Source of the DNA: a virus
Length of the DNA stretch: 64,000 nt
Virus record (IMG/VR): IMGVR_UViG_3300038410_000026
Location: 31,393-95,392 of that record
Direction: 5' to 3' (one strand)
Position 1 is the first letter of the stretch. Each line of letters opens with the position of its first letter. Under the pieces are notes generated by a model. The model searched no databases. It saw nothing but the letters and a program-made list of their open reading frames with translations, and was not told where the DNA came from. Both the position numbers and the translations under genes were made by a program. Of the stretch, positions 1-6,674 are shown piece after piece.

Positions 1-1
1 G

Positions 2-211
2 GCCGAGCAGTTCATACAGGCCCGCATCCGTCAGGATATATTCTCACTAGCCGAGGGGACCGTAACCATTCAATGGCCAGCCGCGCTCAGTGCTGAGAGC
101 TTTCAGGATCTCGCCGACTGGCTGGATATTGTGAAGAGGAAGATCGGAAGATCCGTCAAGGCTGCTGAACCCGGTCTTAATTTCGGCGACCCGAGCATGT
201 ACAAGCCGTAA
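2..211 (+). CDS. 3' end of a hypothetical protein truncated by the window edge (...EGTVTIQWPAALSAESFQDLADWLDIVKRKIGRS...YKP*)
   Basis: Frame 2 is open from base 2 to TAA at 209-211, with protein-like composition. Confidence 0.6.
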   Translation, partial: AEQFIQARIRQDIFSLAEGTVTIQWPAALSAESFQDLADWLDIVKRKIGRSVKAAEPGLNFGDPSMYKP

Positions 212-290
212 GGACAGTGCGAAATTTCCCTCTCCCGACCGCCACCAAGGATCAATGCAACATTAGGACACTACCCGGAACCGTGGGCTT

Positions 291-599
291 TCATTCTGCC
301 GGAATGGCAGCCTCCAACTCCGCAATTTCTTTCCGGAGAGCTTCCCGCTTCTCCTCGGCGGTCTTCAGAGACTCTAGCCGGATCTTGGCCTCACGCAACC
401 GCTTGGCCATAACGTCGGTCTTGCGGGTGCGAACCTCACGCTTCAATTCAGAGATCCGTTCATCGAGCCACACCGGGGCATCGGTAGAAAGCTCCATGTA
501 GCACCGCTTCAAGGAGGTAGCTGTGCCATAAAGATAAACCACCTCTTCGAGCGACAAGCGAATCAGGTCCAGGTTCTTTAGCTCATCCAATTCCAGCAT
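291..599 (-). CDS. Small coiled-coil protein (102 aa), translationally coupled downstream of the TROVE gene
   Basis: GGAGG SD before ATG at 599; overlaps the TROVE stop; heptad E/K/R/L-rich C-terminus. Confidence 0.75.
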   Translation of the reverse strand: MLELDELKNLDLIRLSLEEVVYLYGTATSLKRCYMELSTDAPVWLDERISELKREVRTRKTDVMAKRLREAKIRLESLKTAEEKREALRKEIAELEAAIPAE

Positions 600-2073
600 G
601 TTCAACCTCCTCTTTCTTCTGGGCGAAGACATCTTTCAACTCCAGTAGCGGCGTCTCCATGATCTCGTCGATCAGCGAGTAACGCGATGTTCGCATGGTC
701 TTGATCAGATTGGGCAGCGAGTAGTAGTCTACGTTGCTGCCGCTCAGATCAAACTTCTGGCAATCGATCCCGGCCCGCACGAGCGTTTCGGAGAAAACAT
801 CCTCCGAATCACCGCTCAGTCGGTACAGGTAAACCGTGGGCTCAACGCCTGTGTTTTCAGCATACTTCTTGTAAACGTTGTAGAAGTACGGAGGATTGTT
901 CTCTCCGCCGTCCGAAATTACAGCTATACCGTTGATTTCAAGACCATTATCGATTGCATACTGCAAGCCGCAGCCGATGGAAGTTCCGCCGCAAGCCCTG
1001 ACGTGCTTAGTCGAGGCGCTAAGTTCACTGTAAGTCTTGCCCGTAACCTCTATGTAGCGCGGATAAACATCGAAGAATACCAAATGCACCTCTCCCTGGA
1101 CCAACTTGGCCAGGGTGGATGCGATCATGCGAGATGCTTCGATGGCCACACTCATGGAACCGGACTTATCGCCGAGCACTAGCCAGTTGCCTTCGATGCC
1201 GCCAAGGGTCTTAATCTGCCGCTCCTGAAGGCTATCCAGCTTCTTGCTCAGAACCTCATCGCCGATGGCTTCTGCCGCCCGCGTGGTTTTGAAGGTGACT
1301 TTCTTGCTTTTCGATGCCTTCTCCAGCGCCGATTCGTAGGCTGCCCGCAGCGCCGCGTTGGATTTCACTCCTAGGCGCTCCAGCAGCTTGGTGTTGGTCA
1401 CCAATTCTGTGGGCGTCATACGGTTGATGAGCGCCAACACGAGGTCGGGATCTTTCCGTTTTTCGCCCAAGGCTCCCGTGGCGACCAGAAAGGGGATCTT
1501 GCGATCCATGATCTCGGAGGCGGCTTCCTGGACCGACATATTCTTGAGGTTGGCGATGGCTTCAAATACCGTCCCTTTAGGCTTATCTCCCTTGAATAGA
1601 ATGAGATCCGCCATGGCGGAAGGCTTGGCGTGGGTCAGGGCGTACAGTTCCTTTAGCTTCTTGCGATGCTGTACGGCGGTCCTTTCCCAACGCGCCCAGT
1701 TCGATTCGAGCGTCTTTAGGTAGTTTCCGATCACCCGATCCAGAAGTTTCGCCCGCCCCGGCAGTTTGATCTCCTTGGCAAAACGCAGCGCCCGTACCAG
1801 ATTGCGCGGATCTAGCAGCGAGAGATGCGCGAGGGAATTCTCGACGAATTCTTGCGGGAACTCTCGCGTGGCGAGAGATACCACCGGAAGGGCCACCTTG
1901 GAGTCCCGGATCTGTCCTTTCTTGCGGTTCCAGGCAATTAGGTGCGCCAGGAATTCCGGCTCCTGTTTGGCCGCAATCTGTCCCATGGGCACATATTCGG
2001 CCAGCTTTCCATGCGCCGACCGCGAGAGTTCGGCGATGATTTGGGTCTTTTGGACCCCGGTTTCTTTCTTCAC
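583..2073 (-). CDS. rsr: Ro60/Rsr-like TROVE + vWA domain RNA-binding protein (496 aa)
   Basis: Helical N-terminal part with MTPTELVTNTKLL (resembles the Ro60 MP.TALLRNL segment); C-terminal vWA with MIDAS DKSGSM, GGTS and ISDGGEN. Start reassigned to GTG at 2073 (AAGGAG SD) because the upstream part of the ORF overlaps the RNA units. Confidence 0.85.
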   Translation of the reverse strand: MKKETGVQKTQIIAELSRSAHGKLAEYVPMGQIAAKQEPEFLAHLIAWNRKKGQIRDSKVALPVVSLATREFPQEFVENSLAHLSLLDPRNLVRALRFAKEIKLPGRAKLLDRVIGNYLKTLESNWARWERTAVQHRKKLKELYALTHAKPSAMADLILFKGDKPKGTVFEAIANLKNMSVQEAASEIMDRKIPFLVATGALGEKRKDPDLVLALINRMTPTELVTNTKLLERLGVKSNAALRAAYESALEKASKSKKVTFKTTRAAEAIGDEVLSKKLDSLQERQIKTLGGIEGNWLVLGDKSGSMSVAIEASRMIASTLAKLVQGEVHLVFFDVYPRYIEVTGKTYSELSASTKHVRACGGTSIGCGLQYAIDNGLEINGIAVISDGGENNPPYFYNVYKKYAENTGVEPTVYLYRLSGDSEDVFSETLVRAGIDCQKFDLSGSNVDYYSLPNLIKTMRTSRYSLIDEIMETPLLELKDVFAQKKEEVEHAGIG

Positions 2074-2088
2074 TGTCGCTCCTTTTAG

Positions 2089-2164
2089 TGCGGCAAGTCC
2101 CGGATGCAATTGGCTGTCGGACCAATTGAAAGATGGTGACATGTAAGCTACCGGAGTAGCCGCA
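2089..2164 (-). ncRNA. Y RNA-like unit 5 (minimal)
   Basis: UGCGGC-UACU-CCGG..UACAUG..[CAAUUGG/CCAAUUG hairpin]..CCGG-GACUU-GCCGCA. Confidence 0.75.
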
Positions 2165-2171
2165 ACTTCAA

Positions 2172-2295
2172 TGGCGCAAGTCGAACCGGCGTCCAAGGCC
2201 CCCGTGAGATTTTTCTTGGGGGGCCTTTCGGATTCGAACCGAATCGCAACCCTTACGGGCTACTTTGCCAGCGTGTATCCGGTTCAGTAGCGCCA
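2172..2295 (-). ncRNA. Y RNA-like unit 4 with T-arm and acceptor-like stem
   Basis: UGGCGC-UACU-GAACCGG..UACACG..GUAGCCC/GGGUUGC hairpin; T-arm UUCGG-UUCGAAU-CCGAA; AGGCCCCC/GGGGGCCU stem..CCGGUUC-GACUU-GCGCCA. Confidence 0.8.
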
Positions 2296-2302
2296 AACTT
2301 AA

Positions 2303-2371
2303 CGGCGAAAAGTCGGAGTTGAGTTGGTTTGCTCAAAAGGATAAGCATGTACTCGGCTCCAGTATTCGCCG
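2303..2371 (-). ncRNA. Y RNA-like unit 3 (minimal)
   Basis: CGGCGAA-UACU-GGAGCCGAG-UACAUG..GCUUA/UGAGC hairpin..CUCAACUCC-GACUU-UUCGCCG. Confidence 0.75.
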
Positions 2372-2378
2372 GTCTTGA

Positions 2379-2484
2379 TTCCGGAAAGTCGTCGTGCCGT
2401 AGTTGCCATACCGTTAGGCGATATCTCCCGTGGGGGATACCCGGATTTGAACCGGGATACATGTAGGCACTCCAGTATCCGGAA
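2379..2484 (-). ncRNA. Y RNA-like unit 2, YrlA-type circularly permuted tRNA mimic
   Basis: UUCCGGA-UACU..UACAUG, then T-arm CCCGG-UUCAAAU-CCGGG, closed acceptor-like stem UAUCCCC/GGAGAUA, D-arm GCCUAACGGUAUGGC, ..GACUU-UCCGGAA. The T-AS-D order matches YrlA. Confidence 0.85.
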
Positions 2485-2492
2485 ACCTCCAA

Positions 2493-2612
2493 TCCCGGCA
2501 AGTCAGTGAAGAAGTCCCACCGAAATGGGTGTCCGGATTCGAACCGGAAATTTCTGATTATAAGTCAGATGCTCTACCGTTGAGCTACATGTATCTTCAC
2601 TAGTAGCCGGGA
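2493..2612 (-). ncRNA. Y RNA-like unit 1, tRNA mimic with D-, anticodon (UAU) and T-arms but no acceptor stem
   Basis: UCCCGGC-UACU-AGUGAAGA-UACAUG-UAGCUCAACGGUAGAGC-A-UCUGA CUUAUAA UCAGA-AAUU-UCCGG UUCGAAU CCGGA..CCCAU/GUGGG..UCUUCACU-GACUU-GCCGGGA. Confidence 0.85.
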
Positions 2613-2620
2613 AACTTTTT

Positions 2621-2677
2621 ATCCCCGGCTGCCGATCAAATCTTCCGTGATTCGGCAGAATCACCGCAGCCGGGGAT
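2621..2677 (-). other. GC-rich leader hairpin at the 5' end of the RNA array transcript
   Basis: 12-bp inverted repeat ATCCCCGGCTGC/GCAGCCGGGGAT enclosing a GTGATTC/GAATCAC hairpin. Confidence 0.6.
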
Positions 2678-2709
2678 CGGGCTCAGGCTCACTTCTCTAT
2701 CGCTTCTCA

Positions 2710-2739
2710 AGGGTACAGCCTTAGGATGCTTCCTGTCAA
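2710..2739 (-). promoter_or_regulatory. sigma70-type promoter for the RNA array and TROVE operon
   Basis: TTGACA (2739-2734), 18 nt, TACCCT (2715-2710). Confidence 0.6.
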
Positions 2740-2794
2740 CAAAAATCTTATGTTGAGCGCAAAAAATTTTATGCTACAGTTGGTAAGAGGGTAT

Positions 2795-3058
2795 ATGACA
2801 GATGGAAGTGGATCTAACGGTCTCGACAAGCCGCGCTCTGGAAAACCAGCGCCAGCAGGCAGCATCGGCAGCAAGATGCGCATTGCCCGTATGATGGCGG
2901 GTTTGCGGCAAGGGGATCTGGCCAACAGGATGGAGATATCCCAGGTGACGGTCTCCTCGTGGGAAACCGGAAGGACGCATCCCAATGCGCTTCAACTGGA
3001 ACGCTTCGCAAGTGTATTGGGGATGGATTTAGTCATCGAATTCCGCTCGCGCCAGTAG
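2795..3058 (+). CDS. XRE/Cro-CI family HTH regulator, divergent from the TROVE operon
   Basis: ARMMAGLRQGDLANRMEISQVTVSSWETGRTHP HTH_3 signature; start uncertain. Confidence 0.85.
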   Translation: MTDGSGSNGLDKPRSGKPAPAGSIGSKMRIARMMAGLRQGDLANRMEISQVTVSSWETGRTHPNALQLERFASVLGMDLVIEFRSRQ

Positions 3059-3363
3059 GGTGAATGGGTTCGCAGGAATCCTAGCATTCTGGCCGATCCA
3101 AGGGGGTTCTGGGAATGAATCTGTACTCCTCCTTCCGGCCAAGATTGGTTTTTCCACATCCAGATCAGGACATCAAGGCCCGTCTTCTGATCCTCCCAGA
3201 AGCCCATCGAGGCCATCGGCGTCAGGTCGTGATCAAGTGAAGCGCACCAGACTTCTCCCGATTGCAACAGCTTGATCGCCTCTTCAACGGTTTTCACCCA
3301 AGTCCAGCCGCACCGGCCATGCTCCCAGGGATCGCGGGTATCGTCCAAAAATAGCTTGATCAT
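2992..3363 (-). CDS. Cyclic-phosphate-processing receiver (cREC-like) domain protein
   Basis: Motifs KLFLDDxR, SLDHDL, TGLDVL and IHSQNPxG. Confidence 0.75.
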   Translation of the reverse strand: MIKLFLDDTRDPWEHGRCGWTWVKTVEEAIKLLQSGEVWCASLDHDLTPMASMGFWEDQKTGLDVLIWMWKNQSWPEGGVQIHSQNPLGSARMLGFLRTHSPYWRERNSMTKSIPNTLAKRSS

Positions 3364-4130
3364 TGGACGGTTTTCACGGTCGGGGTGTTGGTGACGCGAG
3401 TGGCCCCAGGAATCAGGACTCGTAACGCGGTAGGGATAGCTTGACTGGTTAGGTTGTGCCAGAAGCTGGCCTTGGTGGGCTTGAACATATCCCGGATATA
3501 CCCCATGGTTTCAGCTACTTCTGCTGTCCCCTTATGCAATTCCTCGGTGCTGCCAGCGAGTTCCGCTACCATCTTCTTGACGTTTTCATCTCTAGCTAGT
3601 TGATCGGAATGCTCTAGGATCGATTGAAGCACTTTCATGTTTTGGTTGGTTTGATCGGTCAGGACTTGTAGGTTGCGTCCGGATTGCTCCAGTACTGCTG
3701 AGAGTTTTGGCAACAATTCACTGTTGATATTGTGGTCGGAATGCTCGATCAGGGAGCGGGTTGAGAGCATGGTATCGTGCAGGTCTGTCAACACGACGTT
3801 GGCTTTGGCTACCGCCGCCGCCGCGTCCTTTGCTGACTTGTCCCAGTATTCTCTTTGGTTTAGGGAAGCTCTCCGCCATTCATCGGCGCTCAGGCCAAGT
3901 TGCACCAGGACGGCATTGGTGTTGGCCAGCACGCCAGAGAATCCGCGTGGATTTTTGGGATCGATGTAGCTGTTGAGATTAGCTGAAACCTGATCAAGTG
4001 ACTGTGCGGAATGATCGATCCGGGCATTGATTTGAAGCAGGACTGCGGTTGCGGCCACCATGAAGGCGATGATGGCCAGAGCGGAAGCGGCGTGCAGCCA
4101 TTTAAGCAATACGTCTAGGGAGAACTTCAT
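3360..4130 (-). CDS. Membrane-anchored coiled-coil protein
   Basis: N-terminal hydrophobic helix followed by a long heptad-rich helical region; overlaps the cREC start (ATGA). Confidence 0.7.
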   Translation of the reverse strand: MKFSLDVLLKWLHAASALAIIAFMVAATAVLLQINARIDHSAQSLDQVSANLNSYIDPKNPRGFSGVLANTNAVLVQLGLSADEWRRASLNQREYWDKSAKDAAAAVAKANVVLTDLHDTMLSTRSLIEHSDHNINSELLPKLSAVLEQSGRNLQVLTDQTNQNMKVLQSILEHSDQLARDENVKKMVAELAGSTEELHKGTAEVAETMGYIRDMFKPTKASFWHNLTSQAIPTALRVLIPGATRVTNTPTVKTVQ

Positions 4131-4136
4131 GCCAGA

Positions 4137-4165
4137 ATATTAAGCGTGTTGACATTTGTAGTCAA
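4137..4165 (-). promoter_or_regulatory. sigma70 promoter giving a probably leaderless transcript of the 4130 gene
   Basis: TTGACT-17-TAATAT; ATG is 7 nt after the -10 box. Confidence 0.65.
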
Positions 4166-4186
4166 TAATATTGCAACGGATTTTGC

Positions 4187-4215
4187 TTGCAAAACGCCGA
4201 GCGGCGTTTTAATAT
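4187..4215 (+). promoter_or_regulatory. sigma70 promoter with a palindromic operator overlapping the spacer
   Basis: TTGCAA-17-TAATAT; AAAACGCC-gagc-GGCGTTTT at 4191-4210. Confidence 0.6.
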
Positions 4216-4241
4216 GTGGCCAAGTGCTGGCGAAAGGAGGT

Positions 4242-4334
4242 GCGAGAGATCCCGCCGCCTGGACTCTGCTACCATCCCTCCTCCGTATGGTAGACGACGA
4301 GAGCCAACGTCAGTCGGGCGGCGGGTTCTATCGC
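4242..4334 (+). ncRNA. Candidate structured RNA or 5' leader (three-way junction)
   Basis: Long stem CCCGCCGCC..GACU/AGUC..GGCGGCGGG enclosing CUACCAU/AUGGUAG (loop CCCUCCUCCGU) and GACG/CGUC. Confidence 0.45.
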
Positions 4335-4347
4335 TGTAATCATATCA

Positions 4348-4557
4348 ATGATATACGCTGAAAGACTAGCGAAGCGTGCGTTTGAGACCTGGGTGGCCAG
4401 CGGAAAGGCACCGGGCCGGAGACGTACCAGGACTTGGGAGCAGTTGTGGCCGTCCGAGCGGTTTGGATGGCAGCAGGTAGCCATGGCAGTGATAAAGGAA
4501 GCAGAAGAGAATCCACCTTCGTTTGCTATAATTTGCAAGGAAGAGGACCATGCCTAA
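4348..4557 (+). CDS. Hypothetical phage protein
   Basis: ORF overlapping the next gene; W..L.P.ER..W..VA pattern. Confidence 0.6.
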   Translation: MIYAERLAKRAFETWVASGKAPGRRRTRTWEQLWPSERFGWQQVAMAVIKEAEENPPSFAIICKEEDHA

Positions 4558-5050
4558 AATTGATCCGTACAGCATAGACGTGTACATGGAATTAGACGAA
4601 TGGTTCCGAGAAGATCTGACGGAAGCGTTCCGGGAGCGATATGGCCTTGCGCCACAGTTCTATAGCACCGTGATTGGGTTTCCGTTCCGAGATGTGAAGA
4701 ACGGGAACAGCTACGTGATGATCTGGACCATCGTGATCAACGATATGTCCATGCCGGTGACGGCTGGAGACTACTATCAGGCTTCCGTGGATGGAGATCC
4801 GGAGAAGCTGGCCGGGATCTTGGGGCGTCAATTCAAGCTGTCGCCGGTCCCTTCGCCTCCATTTCCGATCCCGGAGTATGACCCGCATCCCATCGGAAGC
4901 CCCATCAGTTCAGATCCTACGGGCAGGTCTTTTCACCCGTCCGCTACGGACAACTGGCCCACTGGCAAAAATTTCACCGATCCAGTGACCTTGAAGGTAT
5001 ATCGAAAAATTGGCGGCATAACAGGTCCGTACTGGTTCTTGAAGAACTGA
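4550..5050 (+). CDS. Hypothetical protein
   Basis: GAGGA SD; operon packing. Confidence 0.7.
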   Translation: MPKIDPYSIDVYMELDEWFREDLTEAFRERYGLAPQFYSTVIGFPFRDVKNGNSYVMIWTIVINDMSMPVTAGDYYQASVDGDPEKLAGILGRQFKLSPVPSPPFPIPEYDPHPIGSPISSDPTGRSFHPSATDNWPTGKNFTDPVTLKVYRKIGGITGPYWFLKN

Positions 5051-5064
5051 AAGGAGAAAACGGA

Positions 5065-5943
5065 ATGATAACCGACGACGGGTTGGCCATCATGAGGCAG
5101 GAGGCGCTGGCCAAAGAAGGTTTTCTGAAAGGAGAAATCGGAATGATAACCAAAGGACTCGAAGCAGCAAAATTCGAGGAAACAAACGAAAATAACGAGT
5201 TAGTTAGGAGGATGAAGGGCAAGCGCTTCATCGAATCAGAATTTGCCAAGGAATCCAGGATGAAGCAGGAGGCGATGGCCAGAGAAGGTCTCGTGGGGCG
5301 TTACGAGGACCAAGCCTGGACAGGCCCCGACTCTCCTTTCATATTCCGTACGGTCACCACCGATACGGTCACCACCAACGGAACAAGCTCCGATCCCTTT
5401 TTTCAATGGCAACCGGAGGCTTTTCAGCACAGCCCGCAGCGAGATCATGCAGTTTTTCCTGAAACTCCCGTGGCTGTGGCGGCTCCACGGGCTGAGGCCG
5501 ATGAGGAGTATCTGGGGCTGGCACAGGAATTGGGGATCTCTTCGGCAGCGGTAGACCGCGAAAGGCTCCTGCGGATTCTCGAAGATGAGGGCATCCCTAT
5601 CTACGATCCCGAAAAAGTAAACAAATGGATGGATCACAAGACCCCCCAGGGGAAGACCTGGAAATGGTTTCCGGTGCGGAGTAAGGATCTCGTGCCATCT
5701 TTATTCGATCTCGGGACTAGGATGCAGCGCCTTGGAGTGGGGACCTACCGGCACAGGATTCCGATGCCGGTGCTTGAGACCATCGCCAAGATCTCGCACC
5801 GGATGGAAGAGGCGGTCTTTTTCATCACCGACTATGAGGATAAAAGGCCAGACCCCTTCCTAGCGGTTAGCACCAAAAGCATGGCCAGCGCCGGTGAACT
5901 GTTCATAATCGAACGCTGGGACGAACCGGGGTTCCGCAGGTAA
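5065..5943 (+). CDS. Hypothetical phage protein with a duplicated initiation region
   Basis: AAGGAG SD at both 5065 and in-frame 5143; C-terminal PDPFL...IERWDEP motif. Confidence 0.8.
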   Translation: MITDDGLAIMRQEALAKEGFLKGEIGMITKGLEAAKFEETNENNELVRRMKGKRFIESEFAKESRMKQEAMAREGLVGRYEDQAWTGPDSPFIFRTVTTDTVTTNGTSSDPFFQWQPEAFQHSPQRDHAVFPETPVAVAAPRAEADEEYLGLAQELGISSAAVDRERLLRILEDEGIPIYDPEKVNKWMDHKTPQGKTWKWFPVRSKDLVPSLFDLGTRMQRLGVGTYRHRIPMPVLETIAKISHRMEEAVFFITDYEDKRPDPFLAVSTKSMASAGELFIIERWDEPGFRR

Positions 5944-5952
5944 CATCCAGAT

Positions 5953-6201
5953 TTGGACATGACGGCTCTGTTGTATAAACAGGATGGGAGAATGCGATTG
6001 GCGGTGGTGGCGAATCCGCCTCCGCCTACACTACTCGAATGGGAAAATGCACGCTTAGATAGCGGGTTTAACGCCTGTTTTGAATTGCCGATGTTTCCCG
6101 TGAAACCTCCCGTGGTCGAGATGGAGCTAGTGGGGTGCGATGACGAGGTGGCCGTCTATGAGGAGAAAGTGCCGGTTCTGCCACCTGGAAGGAAAGGATG
6201 A
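5953..6201 (+). CDS. Hypothetical protein
   Basis: ORF in operon context; start may be ATG 5959. Confidence 0.55.
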   Translation: MDMTALLYKQDGRMRLAVVANPPPPTLLEWENARLDSGFNACFELPMFPVKPPVVEMELVGCDDEVAVYEEKVPVLPPGRKG

Positions 6202-6359
6202 ATGAAATGATCGTATCCATTGATCAGGTGGCGGCTGCGGCTGCTCTCATGTTCACCGTTGGGGCGTTGCTCGACATCCATTTGAGCGGCAGTGCGAGAA
6301 GGGATCTTGAGAGATTGACAGAAGAGTACAGAAAGCGAATCTCGGTCTTCAGGAAATAA
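6198..6359 (+). CDS. Small membrane protein (53 aa), not in the ORF track
   Basis: ATGA overlap with the previous stop; MNEMIVSIDQVAAAAALMFTVGALLDIHL...FRK*. Confidence 0.55.
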   Translation: MNEMIVSIDQVAAAAALMFTVGALLDIHLSGSARRDLERLTEEYRKRISVFRK

Positions 6360-6416
6360 AAGAGGGCGGATTGACATCCGCCCAGAAACGAAAGGAGCAA
6401 CACAGAACCGAAAGGT

Positions 6417-6674
6417 GTGTGTCAACTGTATTCTACGTCGTTTTGGCCGCGAGTGCAAGCGGTGTTTACGGTTCAATATCGTTGTCCATACAGGGCTTAC
6501 TGGTACGATCATGGAGAATTTGCAGAGTTCTCAACGGCCTCCAGCGCTGCCGTTGGCCTCTATTTCAAGGAGAGGAAGATAGCTTGTAGAGTAGTGGATG
6601 AAGAAGGCCGCATGATGTACCAGATTCCAAACGAGATTCCTAGAGCGGGGACGATTCCGCAATGTGGAAGGTGA
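6417..6674 (+). CDS. Hypothetical protein
   Basis: ORF overlapping the next gene; start uncertain. Confidence 0.5.
   Translation: MCQLYSTSFWPRVQAVFTVQYRCPYRAYWYDHGEFAEFSTASSAAVGLYFKERKIACRVVDEEGRMMYQIPNEIPRAGTIPQCGR

Noticed and set aside
2074-2196. N-terminal 41 codons of the 537-aa ORF
   Set aside because: Overlaps RNA units 4-5; a clear AAGGAG SD supports GTG at 2073
2253-2501. 82-aa ORF across the RNA array
   Set aside because: No SD and no protein-like features; the region is explained by structured RNAs
2520-2595. Functional tRNA-Ile(UAU) gene
   Set aside because: The D, anticodon and T arms are good, but the acceptor stem cannot form (AUACAUG versus CACCCAU) and there is no CCA end; it is embedded in the shared Y-like stem
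2089-2612. CRISPR array or attC cassette array
   Set aside because: The repeats are conserved in structure and short motifs, not as identical direct repeats; no cas or integron integrase gene is present
2621-2677. Intrinsic terminator
   Set aside because: No U-tract follows the hairpin on either strand
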